In this document: piece after piece, positions 9,505 through 19,696 of the stretch
Numbering within the stretch: position 1 is the first letter of the stretch
Layout of the letters: each line of letters begins with the position of its first letter
The notes under the pieces: model-generated
The model's database searches: none
Told to the model about the DNA's origin: nothing
The model's input: the letters and a program-made list of their open reading frames with translations, nothing else
Made by a program: the position numbers and the translations under genes
Origin: Chloroflexota bacterium
GTDB taxonomy: Bacteria > Chloroflexota > Dehalococcoidia > Lucifugimonadales > JADFKI01
Direction of reading: 5' to 3'
DNA length: 64,000 bases
NCBI GenBank assembly: GCA_027623195.1
Contig: JAQBUT010000004.1
Coordinates: 1 to 64,000 of the forward strand

Positions 9505-11523
9505 TTGAAAGCTAGACCAGTATCTATTGCAGACCTAAAGCGATTTCACTTCGTGGGTGACCCGCAGGTGAGTCCTAATGGGGAGCACGTCGCGTTTACG
9601 GTCAAGGTTATTGATGCTCAGAAGAACCGCTACCTTACGAACCTGTGGATGGCTGATATCAGCACAGGTGGGGTAAGGCAATTTACTTTTGGGGACGCGG
9701 ACGACAGCTCGCCTCGTTGGTCGCCCGACGGGAATAGCATTGCGTTCCTTCGAAGGCAGGCCGACCAGAGTCAGATGTGGATTATTCCCTACAAGGGCGG
9801 CGAGGCGAGGCAAATCACTCGCCTGCCTGAGGGATCCGTCGGACCGTCGGACTGGTCACCCGACAGCCGAAACATCGCATTTACTTTCCGGCCAACTCAT
9901 GCGGATTGGACGAAGAGCGCCGTAGGCGAGCGGTCAAAGTCGGGACAGGCTAACCCTCCTCGTGTGATTACCAGGCTGCTGTACAGGTCCGAAGGCAGTG
10001 GATTCCTGGATTGCCGCAGGCAGGTCTGGAAGTGCGATGTAGTCAACGCTGCCGCTACGCAGGTCACTTTCGCAGACTATGACGTAGACGGCCCGGTCTG
10101 GTCTCCAGACGGCCAGTACCTGGCATTCATCGCAGATCGTGATGACAAGTACGAGACCTCGCCCTATGCGCGGGAAATATGGATAACTTCCCCGGATGGG
10201 AGGGAGAGCAAAATGCTGTCCGCTTCCATGGGCTTCGCGTCCGGCCTATCATGGTCGCCTGATTGTAAACGGGTCGCATACACAGGACATGCCTTCGAAG
10301 ATGATCCGTGGAAGCCAAGACACAACCGTATTTGGATCGTACAGGTCGATGGTGGAGGCTCCCAATGCCTTACCCAATCGCTGGATAGGACCGTGGGCAA
10401 TGCCACCCTTGGCGACGTACGTGAGTACGGCAACAACCGTCCAGTCTGGTCTGCTGAGGGTGACAGACTGTTCTTTACCGTCAGCGACAGCGGCAACTGT
10501 CATCTTTACACCGTGGGGTTAGATGGCCGCCAATGTGTCCCGCTGACCAAGGGCAACCTGGACATTTCCGGATTTACCGTGGATGCGCAGTCAGAAAACA
10601 TCGCGCTACTGGTGGGAACAGCTAACCAGATGGCGGAGTTGTATGTGGCTAACATCGGCATCCCGGAGCCCGGAGCTGTCAATCTGAGACAAATCAGCCA
10701 TTTCAACGACGAAGTTACGGCCGAATTACTCATACAAGACCCTGAGGAAGTTCGCTTTGAGAGCGGCGACGGCACACCAATTCAAGGCTGGTTGCTCAAA
10801 CCGCCGGACTTCGACCCTTCCAATGCGTACCCGCTGGTGCTGTCCATCCACGGCGGCCCTCACAACCAGTACGGGAACGTGTTCTTCCTTGAACTGCGGG
10901 TCCTAGCCGCCCAGGGCTACGTGGTGCTCTACTGCAATCCCAGGGGAAGCGAGGGTTACTCGGAGGAATTCTCCGCATGCATCAGGGGAAACTGGGGTGG
11001 CGTCGACTACGATGACCTTATTGCCGCATCCGATTTCGCGGCTGGACTGGATTGGGTTGATGCAGACCGAATGGCCGTGATAGGGGGAAGTTACGGCGGT
11101 TTTATGGTCAACTGGATAATCGGGCATGACAACCGATTCAGGTGCGCTGTCACCGAAAGAACAGTCTCCAACATGCACGCCGACTTCGGCACAGTTGATC
11201 TCCCCGAATATGCTGACGGCGCCGGCTATTGGGAAGGCAATGCCTGGGACAACCCGGACGCGCTCTGGCAGCAGTCGCCCTTAAAGTACGTAGCGAATAT
11301 GCACACGCCTTTGCTGATAATGCACAGCGAAGGCGATTTGCGATGCCCCATACACCACGCCGAGCAGCTTTTCGCGGCGTTGCGGCACCTGAGACGAGAG
11401 GTTGTATTTGTGAGATACCCCATAGAGACTGATCACGGGATGTCTCGCAATGGACCTCCGGATTTGAGAGAAGACCGACTGAATCGCCTAGTCGATTGGT
11501 TGAAGGCACATCTCAAAGACTGA
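9505..11523 (+). CDS. S9 family peptidase (acylaminoacyl/dipeptidyl peptidase)
   Basis: WSPDG propeller repeats, IHGGP, GGSYGG nucleophile, DLRC and H catalytic residues. Confidence 0.95.
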   Translation: MKARPVSIADLKRFHFVGDPQVSPNGEHVAFTVKVIDAQKNRYLTNLWMADISTGGVRQFTFGDADDSSPRWSPDGNSIAFLRRQADQSQMWIIPYKGGEARQITRLPEGSVGPSDWSPDSRNIAFTFRPTHADWTKSAVGERSKSGQANPPRVITRLLYRSEGSGFLDCRRQVWKCDVVNAAATQVTFADYDVDGPVWSPDGQYLAFIADRDDKYETSPYAREIWITSPDGRESKMLSASMGFASGLSWSPDCKRVAYTGHAFEDDPWKPRHNRIWIVQVDGGGSQCLTQSLDRTVGNATLGDVREYGNNRPVWSAEGDRLFFTVSDSGNCHLYTVGLDGRQCVPLTKGNLDISGFTVDAQSENIALLVGTANQMAELYVANIGIPEPGAVNLRQISHFNDEVTAELLIQDPEEVRFESGDGTPIQGWLLKPPDFDPSNAYPLVLSIHGGPHNQYGNVFFLELRVLAAQGYVVLYCNPRGSEGYSEEFSACIRGNWGGVDYDDLIAASDFAAGLDWVDADRMAVIGGSYGGFMVNWIIGHDNRFRCAVTERTVSNMHADFGTVDLPEYADGAGYWEGNAWDNPDALWQQSPLKYVANMHTPLLIMHSEGDLRCPIHHAEQLFAALRHLRREVVFVRYPIETDHGMSRNGPPDLREDRLNRLVDWLKAHLKD

Positions 11524-11537
11524 GTGCGTTTGCGCGG

Positions 11538-11683
11538 CCTGCTCTGCGTTACCATCATAAGCAACTTATTCCGAACCCATAGCCACTGCACTTCGAATAT
11601 AAGGACAGTGAGACCCAACTAACGCGACAGGACCAGCCTGTCTCTTCTGTAGGCCGAGCTAGGAAGTTCTCCACATAGGATTG
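11538..11683. repeat. 146-bp direct repeat, copy 1
   Basis: 142/146 identical to 14488-14633 by manual alignment. Confidence 0.95.
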
Positions 11684-11887
11684 CAGCGACAGCTATTACT
11701 AACGTTGCCACACCAGTAATTATGGTGGAACGTCTGACTAATCTCACGGCGACCTCGTTCTCTTGAATTATGGAGAAGACTACACCCTGAAATCTATGAA
11801 CACTTGTAGAGCCTGTAGCGCCATAGCTCATTTCGGACGAATCTGGCATCCCGCGCGGAACCGTAAGCGAGAGTTGGACGCACGGCC

Positions 11888-13189
11888 TTAGCGTACAGTA
11901 AACAAGGCCTCATCATGAGTCACTCGGTGCCATGAACTGCCATCGGAAAATGTCCAGAAGGCGGCCGCATTCAGTTTCAGGTCAACACCAGTAGCAACGA
12001 GGCCAGTTTGAGTGAGAACCGCGTCCCGCATGAGGACTTCGCCAAATGACACTGGAATACGCTTCCATGTTGTGCCATCGGTGGACTCCCAAACGAACAC
12101 CGTGTCGTCATCGAGACTGCGGCCGAATGCGAACAGCTTGGCATCGTCGGTGACCACAATGTCCATGCGCGCCTCCTGGAGGGCTTCCGTAGGAATAACT
12201 TGAACCCAGACAATACCATCCTCCGAGACCCAAACTCCCGCAGCACGCCTGTCTCGATCGAATCCTACTGCCACGACCCCTTTCCCAAAACTCGTGAGTG
12301 AGGCTATTTCTGAATCTCCGAAGTCGACATCTAACTTAGTCCAGGACTGGCCTGACGGGGAGGCAAACATAACAGCGCCATTGTCTGACTTGCTGTAGTT
12401 GGCAGCAAGGAAACCTGCCTCAGTCGAGACGACGGCGCTCGGCTCATGTCCTCGGTCGTAGACCGGGGCGGGCTCGCCAACGGCCCACTCTCTAGGATTG
12501 GCGGCATACCAGAAGACGGAGTCGTTTCCATAGGTGGCACCGATGAGCGCGAGACTCGTTCCACTTGAGGCTAAGGCTGCGGGCTTCGCGGCGTCCTCGT
12601 TCTGCGTGCCGTCACCAAATGAAGCCACTCGCTGCCAACTGGTCCCGTCCTGTGACACCAAGGCGACTGCGGCTCCAGTTACACCGTCCTGGCCGACCAT
12701 GACGATTCCGAATTCGGTATAGGCCACATCGGCTACCTCTAAACCTGACAAAGATTCGGTCAGTGAGATTCGCGACCAGGTCGCTCCATCGATGGAGAGC
12801 CAGACGACAGCATTTCCAGCAGCGTCATCTCCCACTACAACGTAACCATCTGGAGTCTTTGTAATTGATTTTGGGCCATAATCGATTACACCGGCGAATA
12901 GGCCGAACTCCTCTTTCAAAAACGACGGGGTGCCATCGACCACGGCGCCGATAAACAGGACTCCCAGGACCAAAAGACCTGCGGTTCCCAGCGAGCGCAA
13001 GGCAAATGTGCGTGCGCGCCACGGTCGTTTGATAAGCAGCAGGATGAAAAACGAGAATGGCGTGACCGCGAATAGGGTCATTTTTCCGCTCTCTCGAAAA
13101 TCGTCGATGCCCAGGGATATGGCCAACATAGCAGGAACACTAGCCAGGAACCACGGGGCTAATTTCATTTTCCACAGTGCCTCGACCAA
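11888..13189 (-). CDS. Membrane-anchored beta-propeller protein with Asp-box/BNR-like repeats
   Basis: Three N-terminal TM segments, then repeated W.S.DG..W motifs. Confidence 0.7.
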   Translation of the reverse strand: MVEALWKMKLAPWFLASVPAMLAISLGIDDFRESGKMTLFAVTPFSFFILLLIKRPWRARTFALRSLGTAGLLVLGVLFIGAVVDGTPSFLKEEFGLFAGVIDYGPKSITKTPDGYVVVGDDAAGNAVVWLSIDGATWSRISLTESLSGLEVADVAYTEFGIVMVGQDGVTGAAVALVSQDGTSWQRVASFGDGTQNEDAAKPAALASSGTSLALIGATYGNDSVFWYAANPREWAVGEPAPVYDRGHEPSAVVSTEAGFLAANYSKSDNGAVMFASPSGQSWTKLDVDFGDSEIASLTSFGKGVVAVGFDRDRRAAGVWVSEDGIVWVQVIPTEALQEARMDIVVTDDAKLFAFGRSLDDDTVFVWESTDGTTWKRIPVSFGEVLMRDAVLTQTGLVATGVDLKLNAAAFWTFSDGSSWHRVTHDEALFTVR

Positions 13190-13204
13190 AGTAGATTTTG
13201 AATT

Positions 13205-13876
13205 TCAGCGTACATATTTTTGCAGCTTCGTAGACTTGAGCATCAGCACGACGCTGACCACCAAAGTCCAAGCCAGGAACAGAAAAACACCAATCCATGG
13301 CATCAGTAACGTTACTGATACTGCAACACCAACCCAACCAACCCAAAGTGGCAGCGCCCTGAAGCGAATGGCTAATACTGAAGTCGCCAAAGTCATCGCA
13401 ATCATTGGTGGCGTGAACAACCAGACGTAATTCCACTGGAGAAAGAATAGTGTCTTGGCTACCTGAGCGTCGGCGAGAGATACGGAATGGGTGGCAAGCT
13501 GAATGAGAATTGCGCCTAGCAGTACTCCAATCGACAGGAGTCCTCCGCCATATGCCACGGACATCAGCCACTCTACGTCACCTTCGGAAGCATGAAGATG
13601 CGCGCGTACGTATCCTAGGAACCAGAAAAATGATATTAGTCCTACCAACCCTATTAAGCTGCCTAGCTCAATCTGGTCACTCCGACTAATATAGAATTTT
13701 GCGATTTCCGTAGCGGGGCTACTGGTATCCAGAGTATCTCCGTAGTCCCCTGCCAAACCAAAGCCAATGAATATGAGAACCGCCGCTAGTAACCCGCTTC
13801 CAGCTCCCATCCACTTCCAGGCCGAGTCACTATCAACCAAGGCATTTCCCTCCGAAGAACTCTGTTGAACATACAA
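13205..13876 (-). CDS. Integral membrane protein (DUF4386-like)
   Basis: About 6 TM helices; LP.WVGW motif near the C-terminus. Confidence 0.6.
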   Translation of the reverse strand: MYVQQSSSEGNALVDSDSAWKWMGAGSGLLAAVLIFIGFGLAGDYGDTLDTSSPATEIAKFYISRSDQIELGSLIGLVGLISFFWFLGYVRAHLHASEGDVEWLMSVAYGGGLLSIGVLLGAILIQLATHSVSLADAQVAKTLFFLQWNYVWLFTPPMIAMTLATSVLAIRFRALPLWVGWVGVAVSVTLLMPWIGVFLFLAWTLVVSVVLMLKSTKLQKYVR

Positions 13877-14151
13877 ACTTTGAAAAGCGTAGGCGGGATT
13901 GTAGCAGCAGTTCGGAGAGCAAACAATCTAGCCTGAAACGCCGGTGAAAGAACGACGTGCAAGTGAGACCAGGTGATACCAAGATGGCTTGGTTATGATC
14001 GAAGAACCATGGTCAAGTATATTGGTGCTGGCTTAGGAGAGCCATACGTCATTGGGGTAATGTCTTAGTGGTTGACCCCGTGGATCCGTTTGATAGGAGG
14101 TCATACGATTTTTCGTCTACTCCTATGTGAGCATCACGAAAGGGAATTCTA

Positions 14152-14359
14152 GTGTTCAAGCATATACTACGGAATGTTATGTCAGTATCCGTGCGCGTGG
14201 ATGTAGGCGGGAGCGCAGCGGGCGTTGGCGGGCTAATGTGGATGGTCAAGGGCATTGTCATTCTCTCGGGCGGAGCGCAACCACTCTTCCTATTCGAGGG
14301 CGCACCACTGTTTTTCGGTGTGGGGCTTATCGGGATGTATTCTACGTTCGGAGCTGATC
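14152..14359 (+). pseudogene. Truncated membrane-protein gene fragment
   Basis: Hydrophobic GVGGLMWMVKGIVILSGG...LFFGVGLIGMY ends abruptly at the IS remnant. Confidence 0.4.
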
Positions 14360-14487
14360 CTGACCGCCGCCAATCTGCTCAAAGACGTGTACTACGATGT
14401 CAAGTTTGTAGATGGGCACAGAGCGATATCAACCGAGACCGAGGAGGTCGCCGCCTGACTCGTTTACACACCTATTGACGGAACCTC
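14360..14487 (+). mobile_element. IS256-family remnant (transposase C-terminus and right terminal repeat)
   Basis: LTAANLLKDVYYDVKFVDGH...EEVAA* followed by tttacacacctattgacggaacctc, resembling IS256-family right ends. Confidence 0.6.
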
Positions 14488-14633
14488 CCTGCTCTGCGTT
14501 ACCGTCATAAGCAACTTATTCCGAACCCATAGCCAGTGCACTTCGAAAATAAGGACAGTGAGATCCAACTAACGCGACAGGACCAGCCTGTCTCTTCTGT
14601 AGGCCGAGCTAGGAAGTTCTCCACATAGGATTG
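14488..14633. repeat. 146-bp direct repeat, copy 2
   Basis: 142/146 identical to 11538-11683; begins at the base after the putative IS end. Confidence 0.95.
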
Positions 14634-14919
14634 TTTTTGAATGCAAACCATGCTGCGAATGTTGCCGCTTCAGAATTCACGCCGCCAGCGCGACCTCAAT
14701 CCCGTGTTTTAGGCCGAGTTCGACCCTCCCCCGTCTCCACCAAGAACACTTGATCCTGCTTTTGTTGTCGCGACCTGAAAAACGGGCCTGAACGGTCTGA
14801 TCGAGCGTGAAAGCCAGTCGATGCACCCGCATACGCTGGGTAAACTCGCCGAGAACGGCTACAAAAAGAGAAACGCCCGTATATACTCATTGCCGCATAC
14901 GGAGGGAGACTCCCCCACT

Positions 14920-16458
14920 TTATAGGGTCCAGAAACTCCAGTTTTCTAGCAATTCAGATTCCAAACCTCCGAAGAGGTCCTCCACATAACTCACGTATTT
15001 CTGATATTTTTGCCATTCTTCTACTGACAAATTGCGATCCTGATATGCCTTAAGCATATCGGCTTCTGTGAACTTACCTTGGCCTAACTGTTTACTTTCA
15101 ATTATATGTTTCAGCCAGTTCTGTAATATCCTTAGTTCTTCTACTTTCCCTTCCTGGTCCAGTTCCGGCAGATCCGCACCCAGGTTCTGGACAGGGTGGC
15201 CGAAGTGGTCGCTCCCTGTAAGTAATCCATCATCGCTTAGACCAAGATCGTATACTTCCATGCCATTCTTGGGGGCCAATTTGGCCTCTGTTCCCGCTGG
15301 CATAGGGACCCAATCTCCCGTCGTATCGTCCTTGTATTCGAACGTCACAATTCCGCCATTTTCAGTGGCCTTGAGTTTCCCTATGGGGGATTGGGGTAGA
15401 TATTTATAAAATTTGTCTGCCTTGGCTGCGCTCTCGAAGTACATGAAGGACCTGTCACCCTCGTGAAAGAACTGACTCGGGACCCGATATTTATTTATCG
15501 GCGCGTATCTTTCGTATCCAGTCGGTGTGACGTGATATTCTGAATTTTCTATGTTCGGATCATCGTTGTCCGTCCTGAACTTCGCCTCGACGTTATTGAA
15601 TGGGATCCTTTGGATAGTTCTCTGTAACTCATCGCCGGACTGCTGCACCACGTGTGTCAGTTCATGGGCCAGTGTCTCCTGCCCTTCGCTACTTTCAGGC
15701 TTGTACTCTCCCTTGGCGAAGAAAATGTCCTGTCCAGTGGTGAAGGCGCGGGCGCTCATCGATTTGCTCAAGGCATCGGAATCTGAGCTGTCATGAACGG
15801 TCACTCCGCTGAAGTCCGCTCCGAATCCCTGCTCCATTCGGGTCCGAAGATTTTTGGGCAACCGCTTACCTTGACCCTGTGCACTTTCTAACGCGGATGA
15901 GGATTCCCGGCCAATCTCGCCGCCTTCCAAACCGATATCCGCAGACTCAGAAGCCACGCCGTCACGACGAAGCATTTGAATTTCTTCTTCCTCTTCCTGG
16001 CGCTGAATTTCCAGAGGCCGCATCTGCACTTCGTCTTCCTCTTGGCGCTGGGCAGAATCCCCGGACGAATTGACAATCTCTTTGGCTACACGGTCTGCTT
16101 CTTTTTCATATTGTTCTCCAACAGGTCCAACTTTCATCTTGCCCTGGATTTCGGTTGTCCTTAGCTGGCCAACGTGCTCGACGAGCCGTTGCACGTATCG
16201 ATTTCCATAGTCTCTTTGGATTTGCCGAACTAGATCCGCCTTCCGTTGTGCATACATAGGCGATGACATGCTTGGGTTGCTCAGCAGATCGACGTGCTGT
16301 CGGAATGCTTCCTCGCCAGAGCCCCTGAAATTCCCCCTGCCGATGAGGCCTAAGTTATCTGCCGGCGCGCGGGAGTTTGGCGAATTTATATGGCCCCGCT
16401 TTCCCTGATGCAGCGCTGGTTTTCGCCTGTCGTCTTTCTTATGGAATTTATCCGCCAT
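14920..16458 (-). CDS. DUF4157 (eCIS core domain) protein with unknown C-terminal domain
   Basis: LP..LR..ME..FGADFSGV.VH, ARAFTTG.DIFF..G.Y.P, LAHELTHVVQQ, QRQEEEE repeats and an IQR junction. ATG 16458 has a GGGGG RBS (alternative start 16545). Confidence 0.9.
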   Translation of the reverse strand: MADKFHKKDDRRKPALHQGKRGHINSPNSRAPADNLGLIGRGNFRGSGEEAFRQHVDLLSNPSMSSPMYAQRKADLVRQIQRDYGNRYVQRLVEHVGQLRTTEIQGKMKVGPVGEQYEKEADRVAKEIVNSSGDSAQRQEEDEVQMRPLEIQRQEEEEEIQMLRRDGVASESADIGLEGGEIGRESSSALESAQGQGKRLPKNLRTRMEQGFGADFSGVTVHDSSDSDALSKSMSARAFTTGQDIFFAKGEYKPESSEGQETLAHELTHVVQQSGDELQRTIQRIPFNNVEAKFRTDNDDPNIENSEYHVTPTGYERYAPINKYRVPSQFFHEGDRSFMYFESAAKADKFYKYLPQSPIGKLKATENGGIVTFEYKDDTTGDWVPMPAGTEAKLAPKNGMEVYDLGLSDDGLLTGSDHFGHPVQNLGADLPELDQEGKVEELRILQNWLKHIIESKQLGQGKFTEADMLKAYQDRNLSVEEWQKYQKYVSYVEDLFGGLESELLENWSFWTL

Positions 16459-16600
16459 AAAATCTACCCCCAAGTCAGTTGATTCCTCAGTCTTTACCTG
16501 AATGCCATCAGCCAAAACGTCTTTTTTGCGTCTTCCCAAATCCATGCAATGCTGCGGCAGCCTTCGCTTAACACTCGAAAGCGGGTCAGGATATGGGAGT

Positions 16601-16639
16601 TGAGCTCAGTGTCCCGAACGTGGCCCGCTACCGACCGCA
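16601..16639. repeat. att-like site copy 2
   Basis: tgagctcagtgtcccgaacgtggcccgctaccgaccgca; 35/39 to 3368-3406; 140 bp downstream of the recombinase stop. Confidence 0.85.
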
Positions 16640-16778
16640 GAACAAAGCGCAGCCAATACCGTAGCTGGACTTTTCCGAGTAAGCACTTTCCTTGAAACCC
16701 CTACCTCTGGGCAAGCTAGAGGTAATCTGCGAGCATGCCAATTCGCAAGCTTGCGTCGTAGCAGCATGATGACAATTT

Positions 16779-18260
16779 CTATAGCCGGAACTCAATTTCA
16801 GTACGATCATCCCTGTATATATACGCGGCTCTCAGGATTTTCTGCAGATGGGCTTTGGCGAGTCTTACTTCCATATCACCGAAGTCTTTTACGAATGTTT
16901 CGATGGCTGCCGGCGCTCTCTCCGCTGACGAAGACTTGCCCTCTTGCTCCTCCAGCCATTGGCCTAGCTCTCGTTGCTTATCTTCTAGTGCAGCCTTCTG
17001 ACCGCGTATGGACTCGTTTGCCTTGGCAAACTCTCCTTCATTGAGGACTTGCCGTTCGAGTAGACCAAGATGGGCCAGGAACTTGCCCTCGATATCTTTT
17101 AATCCCTTCTCGGCCTCCTCAAGTTCCTTACGCTTTCGGGATATGTCTCTCTTGCCGGCAGCCTCCATATGTTCGCGAACGATTTGGGGGTCCGAGAATT
17201 GCCCAAGGTACTCCAGGATCGCTGCTTCCAGCTTTGGCGCAGAGTGGCCGTTGTAATAGGCGCAGTCTGCCTTGGATTTCATGGCCCTTGTGCACCAGTA
17301 GTTGCGATATCGTTTGCCCTTTCTAATGGCCCCCACTTTACCTGCCATGGGCCCGCCGCAGTGACCGCATTTGATGATGCCGCTAAGGAGGTAATCGCTA
17401 GCGTGGGTCTTGCCTCGTGAGTTCTCCCGTCTATTGCCAATACGCTCCTGAAGTTTGTCCCATTCCTCCTGCTTGAGTATGGCAGGAAAGAAGCTCTCCA
17501 CCCGAACAATTTTTTGTGGAGGATTGCCTTTTCTCGGCTTCTTGCCATATGCAAGGGTACCCTTGAGGGCTTCGTTGTTCAGTATGCGCTGCACTGCAAA
17601 GGCTGCAAATGGACGGCCGTTTCTGGTCTTGTGCCCGGCGTCGGAGATACTGTCACCTATGGCCTTGTAACCAAGGTTTTCTTCTACGGCTAGTCGGTAC
17701 ATCTCCCTGACCGCTGGAGCCTCAACCGGATCAATCTCCCAGTGGAAGTCTTTCCCTTCGTAGATTTTCCTCAGGCCGAACGGAGCCCCGGCTACGTGGA
17801 CTCCCTTCGCAACTGCGCTGCTCATGTTAGACCTAACCCTTTCCGATGTCCGTTTGCTTTCTGCTCCTGCCATGCCTGCCTTAATAAGCAAAAGGAGCTC
17901 TTCGCGGATATCTTCGTCTGTGGTTTCAACAGAAACGCCGTGATCCTCTAGATCCCCGTAATGGCGGAGGATTTCTTTGGGGTTGCGACCGAACCTGTCC
18001 AGGAGCTGGACTACGACCACATCGGCGCCACCATGCATGACGAAGTCTACCATTTGCAAGTACTCTCGGCGGTCGTCCCCCCAACCGGAGACAACGTCTT
18101 GGAAGGTCCTGATGGGAGTGTAGTTGGGTGCGTCGCAATTCTGCAGATATAGTGTTTCCTGCGTCTCAAGGGAGGAGTGGCGTTGGCCCGTTTGGCCAGA
18201 GCTAGAAACTCGTCTGTAACAAACGGCGCGCTTAGCGCCTGTGAGGACCGGAGTAGCCAT
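16779..18260 (-). CDS. Large serine recombinase (integrase)
   Basis: YRRVSS catalytic Ser, DRFGR, recombinase domain, LLSGIIKCGHCG...YWC...C zinc ribbon, coiled coil. Confidence 0.95.
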   Translation of the reverse strand: MATPVLTGAKRAVCYRRVSSSGQTGQRHSSLETQETLYLQNCDAPNYTPIRTFQDVVSGWGDDRREYLQMVDFVMHGGADVVVVQLLDRFGRNPKEILRHYGDLEDHGVSVETTDEDIREELLLLIKAGMAGAESKRTSERVRSNMSSAVAKGVHVAGAPFGLRKIYEGKDFHWEIDPVEAPAVREMYRLAVEENLGYKAIGDSISDAGHKTRNGRPFAAFAVQRILNNEALKGTLAYGKKPRKGNPPQKIVRVESFFPAILKQEEWDKLQERIGNRRENSRGKTHASDYLLSGIIKCGHCGGPMAGKVGAIRKGKRYRNYWCTRAMKSKADCAYYNGHSAPKLEAAILEYLGQFSDPQIVREHMEAAGKRDISRKRKELEEAEKGLKDIEGKFLAHLGLLERQVLNEGEFAKANESIRGQKAALEDKQRELGQWLEEQEGKSSSAERAPAAIETFVKDFGDMEVRLAKAHLQKILRAAYIYRDDRTEIEFRL

Positions 18261-18299
18261 GGTTCACCTCGCGATTACAAGATGACACAATTATGTCAC

Positions 18300-18345
18300 G
18301 CTCAGTACGTGGAGGCCGCTGGTTCGAATCCAGTCGTCCCGACCA
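18300..18345 (+). repeat. attR-like site: gctcagt arm joined to the tRNA-Pro 3' half
   Basis: ACGTGGAGGCCGCTGGTTCGAATCCAGTCGTCCCGACCA (18307-18345: anticodon 3' stem, T arm, CCA) with no 5' half; 40 bp upstream of the integrase ATG. Confidence 0.85.
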
Positions 18346-18553
18346 GTTTTCCAATTTCTACTTTCGATTCCGCATTCATCAGTTCCTTTATGGCTTCTTT
18401 GTCTTGACGCCCCACAGATTAGCAATTTCACTGACGTATTGACGAAACCGTTGCGCCGAGGTAGCCTACCCGTATGTCCCAATACAGGGCCCATCTCAAG
18501 GCTAAGACTCGCACGAAAATGCTGCATTTCGTTTTTATAGTTAGGAGCTTGCG

Positions 18554-19696
18554 TTGAAAGTAACTGGCCTCAAGACCATGGTCGTAGAGAACGTCGAGCC
18601 GTACATAGGCGGGAAATACTTCCTGTTTCTGGAACTCTCAACCGACGAAGGAATTACGGGAATTGGAGAACGCATAGCAGGCAGTTCTTACTCGAATCAC
18701 CTTTCCGACATTCAGTCGCAGATCAGGCTAATAGAGGAGTTCGTAGGCCAGTTCATCATTGGCGAAAACCCATTCAACACCGAACGACTCTGGGATCGGA
18801 TGTACGCCTCCCGACACGACCTCCGCCACCCTAGCTTGTACTCAACCCCTGTCATAAGCGGAATCGACATGGCGCTGTGGGACATCGTAGGCAAGGCGAC
18901 GAACCAGCCGATCTACAATCTGCTCGGCGGCAAGTATCACGAGAAGCTGCGAGCGTACGCTTACATGCCGGGAGGCGCCTTCAAAGACAATCCCGAGGAG
19001 GCTGGCGAGGTCGCAGCCCGACTTCTAGAGGAAGGGAATTCGGCCTGCAAGCTCGATCCATTCTCCCCCCTATACCCAATACCTCGGGATATCCCCCTGT
19101 GGGAGATAGAGCATGCCGCGAAGATATTCCGGAGTATTCGGGACGCCGTCGGCAACAAGTTGGAGGTGGGGATTGGGACTCACGGCCAGTTGACGACCTA
19201 TAGCGCCATCCGAGTCGCCAAATATCTCGAGCCGTACTGGCCCTTCTGGTTCGAAGAGCCTGTGCCGCCAGAGAATATCGACGAGATGGCCAGAGTTGCC
19301 GCCCACACCAGCATCCCTATAGCAACCGGGGAACGCCTGGTTACGAAGTACGAATTCTCCCAGCTGCTTGAGAAGAAGGCGGCCCAGATTATTCAATTGG
19401 ATGTTGGGCAGTGTGGCGGTATAACGGAGGCGAAGAAGATCGCCGCCATCGCTGAGGCCCACTACGCCATGATCGCGCCCCACATGTACTGCGGGCCGGT
19501 TGCCGCCGCCGCCGCAATTCAGATCGACACCTGCTCGCCGAACTTCCTTATACAGGAGGCAAACATGGGGCCGCTCCACAGGTCAATCTTCAAGGAGCCC
19601 CTTGTTTTTGAGAACGGTTACATCACCCCACCAACAGGACCGGGGCTAGGCGTCGAGTTTGACTTGGACGTGCTGAAGCCGCGCATTGTCGAGTAA
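18554..19696 (+). CDS. Mandelate racemase/muconate lactonizing enzyme family (galactonate dehydratase-like)
   Basis: SGIDMALWDI.GK, WFEEP, IATGERL, PTGPGLGVE. Confidence 0.9.
   Translation: MKVTGLKTMVVENVEPYIGGKYFLFLELSTDEGITGIGERIAGSSYSNHLSDIQSQIRLIEEFVGQFIIGENPFNTERLWDRMYASRHDLRHPSLYSTPVISGIDMALWDIVGKATNQPIYNLLGGKYHEKLRAYAYMPGGAFKDNPEEAGEVAARLLEEGNSACKLDPFSPLYPIPRDIPLWEIEHAAKIFRSIRDAVGNKLEVGIGTHGQLTTYSAIRVAKYLEPYWPFWFEEPVPPENIDEMARVAAHTSIPIATGERLVTKYEFSQLLEKKAAQIIQLDVGQCGGITEAKKIAAIAEAHYAMIAPHMYCGPVAAAAAIQIDTCSPNFLIQEANMGPLHRSIFKEPLVFENGYITPPTGPGLGVEFDLDVLKPRIVE

Noticed and set aside
11538..14633. Integron cassette array or CRISPR
   Set aside because: No IntI, attC-like palindromes, short regularly spaced repeats or cas genes.
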